DNA of 64,000 bases from an uncultured Acidobacteriota bacterium (GTDB lineage: Bacteria; Acidobacteriota; UBA6911). Location: NCBI GenBank assembly GCA_963843575.1, contig CAWJKZ010000010.1, positions 416,001-480,000 on the forward strand, written 5' to 3'. Of this stretch, positions 61,792 through 64,000 are shown one piece after another. Made by a program: the position numbers and the translations under genes. A model generated the notes under the pieces. That model saw nothing but the letters and a program-made list of their open reading frames with translations, was not told where the DNA came from and made no database searches. Position 1 is the first letter of the stretch. Every line of letters begins with the position of its first letter.

Positions 61792-64000
61792 CTAGCGGAT
61801 CGTGATTACCGTGCCGGCGGAGTAAGCGTTGAACTCCGGCGCGTACATCGACTGCAGCGTGGCCGGGGCCGCCTTGAAGGTCCCGGCGGTGCCGGCGCGC
61901 AGCCGGTAGCCGAGCGTGTACTCCCCTGCGGGCAACGACTCGAAGAAGAAATTCGTGCCCGAGTCGCGCGTTTCCTCATACCGGCCGATCCCTTTGTCCC
62001 ACATGTAGCGCGAAACGGCGTTCTCGGGCTCGAAGCCCGCCGCCCGCGGGTCGCGCAGGTGCACGTATTCGAAGGCGTGCCGGGCACGGATGGACAGCTG
62101 CACCTCAACCTGGTCGCCCGGCTGCAGGACCGCCCCTTCGGCCAGCGGCTTCAGGACGAACTGTCGCCCGTCGTGCTCGCGTTTGAAATAGGTGCGCCGG
62201 ACCGACAGGAAGTCCCCGCTCCCGGTCTCCGGAAGCTTCTCGGTCGAGAACTGCCAGGTCGCCGAAGCGAACACGACACCCTTCCCTTCCTTTTCCACTA
62301 CCACGGTCGCGTGGCCGGCGTCGACCTTCTCGCCGGGGATTACCGTCTGGTTCTTCTTTCCGGTGTAGCGGTCCGGCTCGAACACGTACCGCACCGTCTG
62401 TCCTCCGACCCGCACCGTGGCGTCCTCCCGGATCCCGAGCGCTCCTTCCTTCTTCAGGTAGTGGATGAGCGAGTAGACGACCTCGGCGGTAGCGCGCGTC
62501 GATTTCCAGTGGTTCAGCTTCTTATTGAGGAAGAGCCACTGGACGAGCCCGTCCTTGCGGGCGTCTTCGGGCGCGATCTCCATGATCGTGCGCAACGCAA
62601 ACGCCTGAGTCTCGATCGTGTCGTTGTACCAGAGCCAGGATCGGTCTTCCGGCGCCCAAAACGTGCCTTCGTCCCGAGTGGTCTTGGCGGAGTCCATAAT
62701 GCTGGCAAACACGAGTGTCGCGTCGGCAGGGCGGCCCATGCGCTTCAGCGTGAGCGCCAACTGCGCTTTCAGGTACGGCGAGTGCTGCTTCCAGTGCCGG
62801 AACGAGTGGTTGAGGATCGCGGTGCGTTCCTGGGCGGTCAGTGCGTTCCCCATCCAGGAGGGATCGGGGTAGCAGGACGCCGTGTAGTTGAGGAAGGTCA
62901 GGAACTCCCAGCAGCAGTCCTCCTTCAGCATCTTCTTCGCGTATTCCTCGCGGAAATGCTGTGCGAGATAGGCCCAGCCGCGCTGGACCATGTCTTTGGG
63001 CACGTCAACGCCGAACTCGGCGGATTTGGCGAGCCCGTACATGATGTAGAGGGTCATGTACGGCGAGGGCGGGCCGCCCGGCCACCACGGGAAACCGCCG
63101 ATAGAGGTCTGCGCCTTGCGCAGCTTGGCCAGCGAGGACGCCCGCTCGGCCGCCGCGACCCGCGGATCGAGCACCGCCGCGAGACCGTACCCGGCGTCGG
63201 ATCCGCCCCTGGCTTGCTCCAGCCACGGGCTTTCCTCCAGCGTCATCTTCCGGTTCGGGTCCGCCGCGTCCCAGGTCTCCAGGGGCGTCTCACGTTTCGA
63301 GAACTCCTGGGCCATCCTGGCAACCGCGGGGTACTTGTCGAAAAGGCTCGACAGTATGCCTGTGGACACGAAGCGGTTCAGGATCTGCTCGGTGCACTCG
63401 TAAGGGTAGTTCACCAGGTATGGGAGCGCCGACAGCACGGAGTAGAAGAGCTGCGCGTCCAGGGTCACAACCATCTGCTCGTTCACGCGCGAAGGGTCGT
63501 CGCTCTTCGTGAGATCCGCAAACGTCATCTCGCGGCGGTCCGCGTTCTTGAGCGTGACGAAGCGCGACTGGGACAGGTGCATCCTCCCGGGCAGGACCGG
63601 CAGGGGGCGCAGTTCGCCGTCGCTCAGATCGTCTGCGACCGCGGTGACCTTGAAAGCGACGATGCCGACCCTTGTCGGGGCGGCGACCGGGAACGACACG
63701 CTGGCGCCGGCTCCGGGCTTCACGGCAAACGGCTGCGAGGCGGCGCTGCCCAGCCCGAAGTTACCCAGCACGCTGGAGTTGGATTCGGGGTCGAGGATGT
63801 CGAGGTTCACACGGCCGCGGAACTCCCGCTCGGACGCGTTGTTGACCACGACCTTGATCACCGCCTTGTCCCCCTCGCGCAGGAACCGCGGCAGGTAAGG
63901 ACGGACCATCAGCTCCTTCAGGCTGCGCGCCTCTGTGTGCAAGGTCCCGGACTGCAGGTCGCGGGTGACCGCGTGCACCCACACGTTCCAGGCGGTGACG
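61792..64000 (-). CDS. Bacterial alpha-2-macroglobulin, C-terminal part (5' end outside the window)
   Basis: LPRFLREGD, thioester motif YPYECTEQ, GGFPWWPG, WKSTRATA, SMYAPEF. Confidence 0.93.
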   Translation of the reverse strand, partial: VTAWNVWVHAVTRDLQSGTLHTEARSLKELMVRPYLPRFLREGDKAVIKVVVNNASEREFRGRVNLDILDPESNSSVLGNFGLGSAASQPFAVKPGAGASVSFPVAAPTRVGIVAFKVTAVADDLSDGELRPLPVLPGRMHLSQSRFVTLKNADRREMTFADLTKSDDPSRVNEQMVVTLDAQLFYSVLSALPYLVNYPYECTEQILNRFVSTGILSSLFDKYPAVARMAQEFSKRETPLETWDAADPNRKMTLEESPWLEQARGGSDAGYGLAAVLDPRVAAAERASSLAKLRKAQTSIGGFPWWPGGPPSPYMTLYIMYGLAKSAEFGVDVPKDMVQRGWAYLAQHFREEYAKKMLKEDCCWEFLTFLNYTASCYPDPSWMGNALTAQERTAILNHSFRHWKQHSPYLKAQLALTLKRMGRPADATLVFASIMDSAKTTRDEGTFWAPEDRSWLWYNDTIETQAFALRTIMEIAPEDARKDGLVQWLFLNKKLNHWKSTRATAEVVYSLIHYLKKEGALGIREDATVRVGGQTVRYVFEPDRYTGKKNQTVIPGEKVDAGHATVVVEKEGKGVVFASATWQFSTEKLPETGSGDFLSVRRTYFKREHDGRQFVLKPLAEGAVLQPGDQVEVQLSIRARHAFEYVHLRDPRAAGFEPENAVSRYMWDKGIGRYEETRDSGTNFFFESLPAGEYTLGYRLRAGTAGTFKAAPATLQSMYAPEFNAYSAGTVITIR

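Overview
GC-rich bacterial window, most likely Acidobacteriota (inferred from an ADOP-type duplicated permease, an Oar-like TonB receptor, a sulfatase-TPR protein and dense REP elements). From left to right it contains: (1) an extended kdp potassium-uptake operon with two micropeptides, a stand-alone Usp-like ORF, a porin and an N-terminally truncated KdpD; (2) a divergent sulfur-assimilation locus (siroheme synthesis versus sulfite reductase + APS reductase); (3) secreted and glycan-active enzymes (GH2, GH27, GH50-like, a modular GH88); (4) an ECF sigma / ZAS-FecR anti-sigma / ABC exporter operon; (5) assorted transporters and the 3' part of an alpha-2-macroglobulin gene. The standout is the 10790-11270 intergenic region. 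It holds two back-to-back sigma70 promoters separated by a perfect palindrome. Each promoter drives an unannotated cysteine-rich leader peptide followed by mutually exclusive antiterminator/intrinsic terminator hairpins, i.e. a predicted twin ribosome-mediated cysteine attenuator, one arm of it leaderless. Many 1-nt frameshifts, and several collinear deletions at 39-45 kb, suggest error-prone long-read consensus. No rRNA, tRNA or CRISPR array was recognised. All family assignments come from motif recognition by eye, not database searches.
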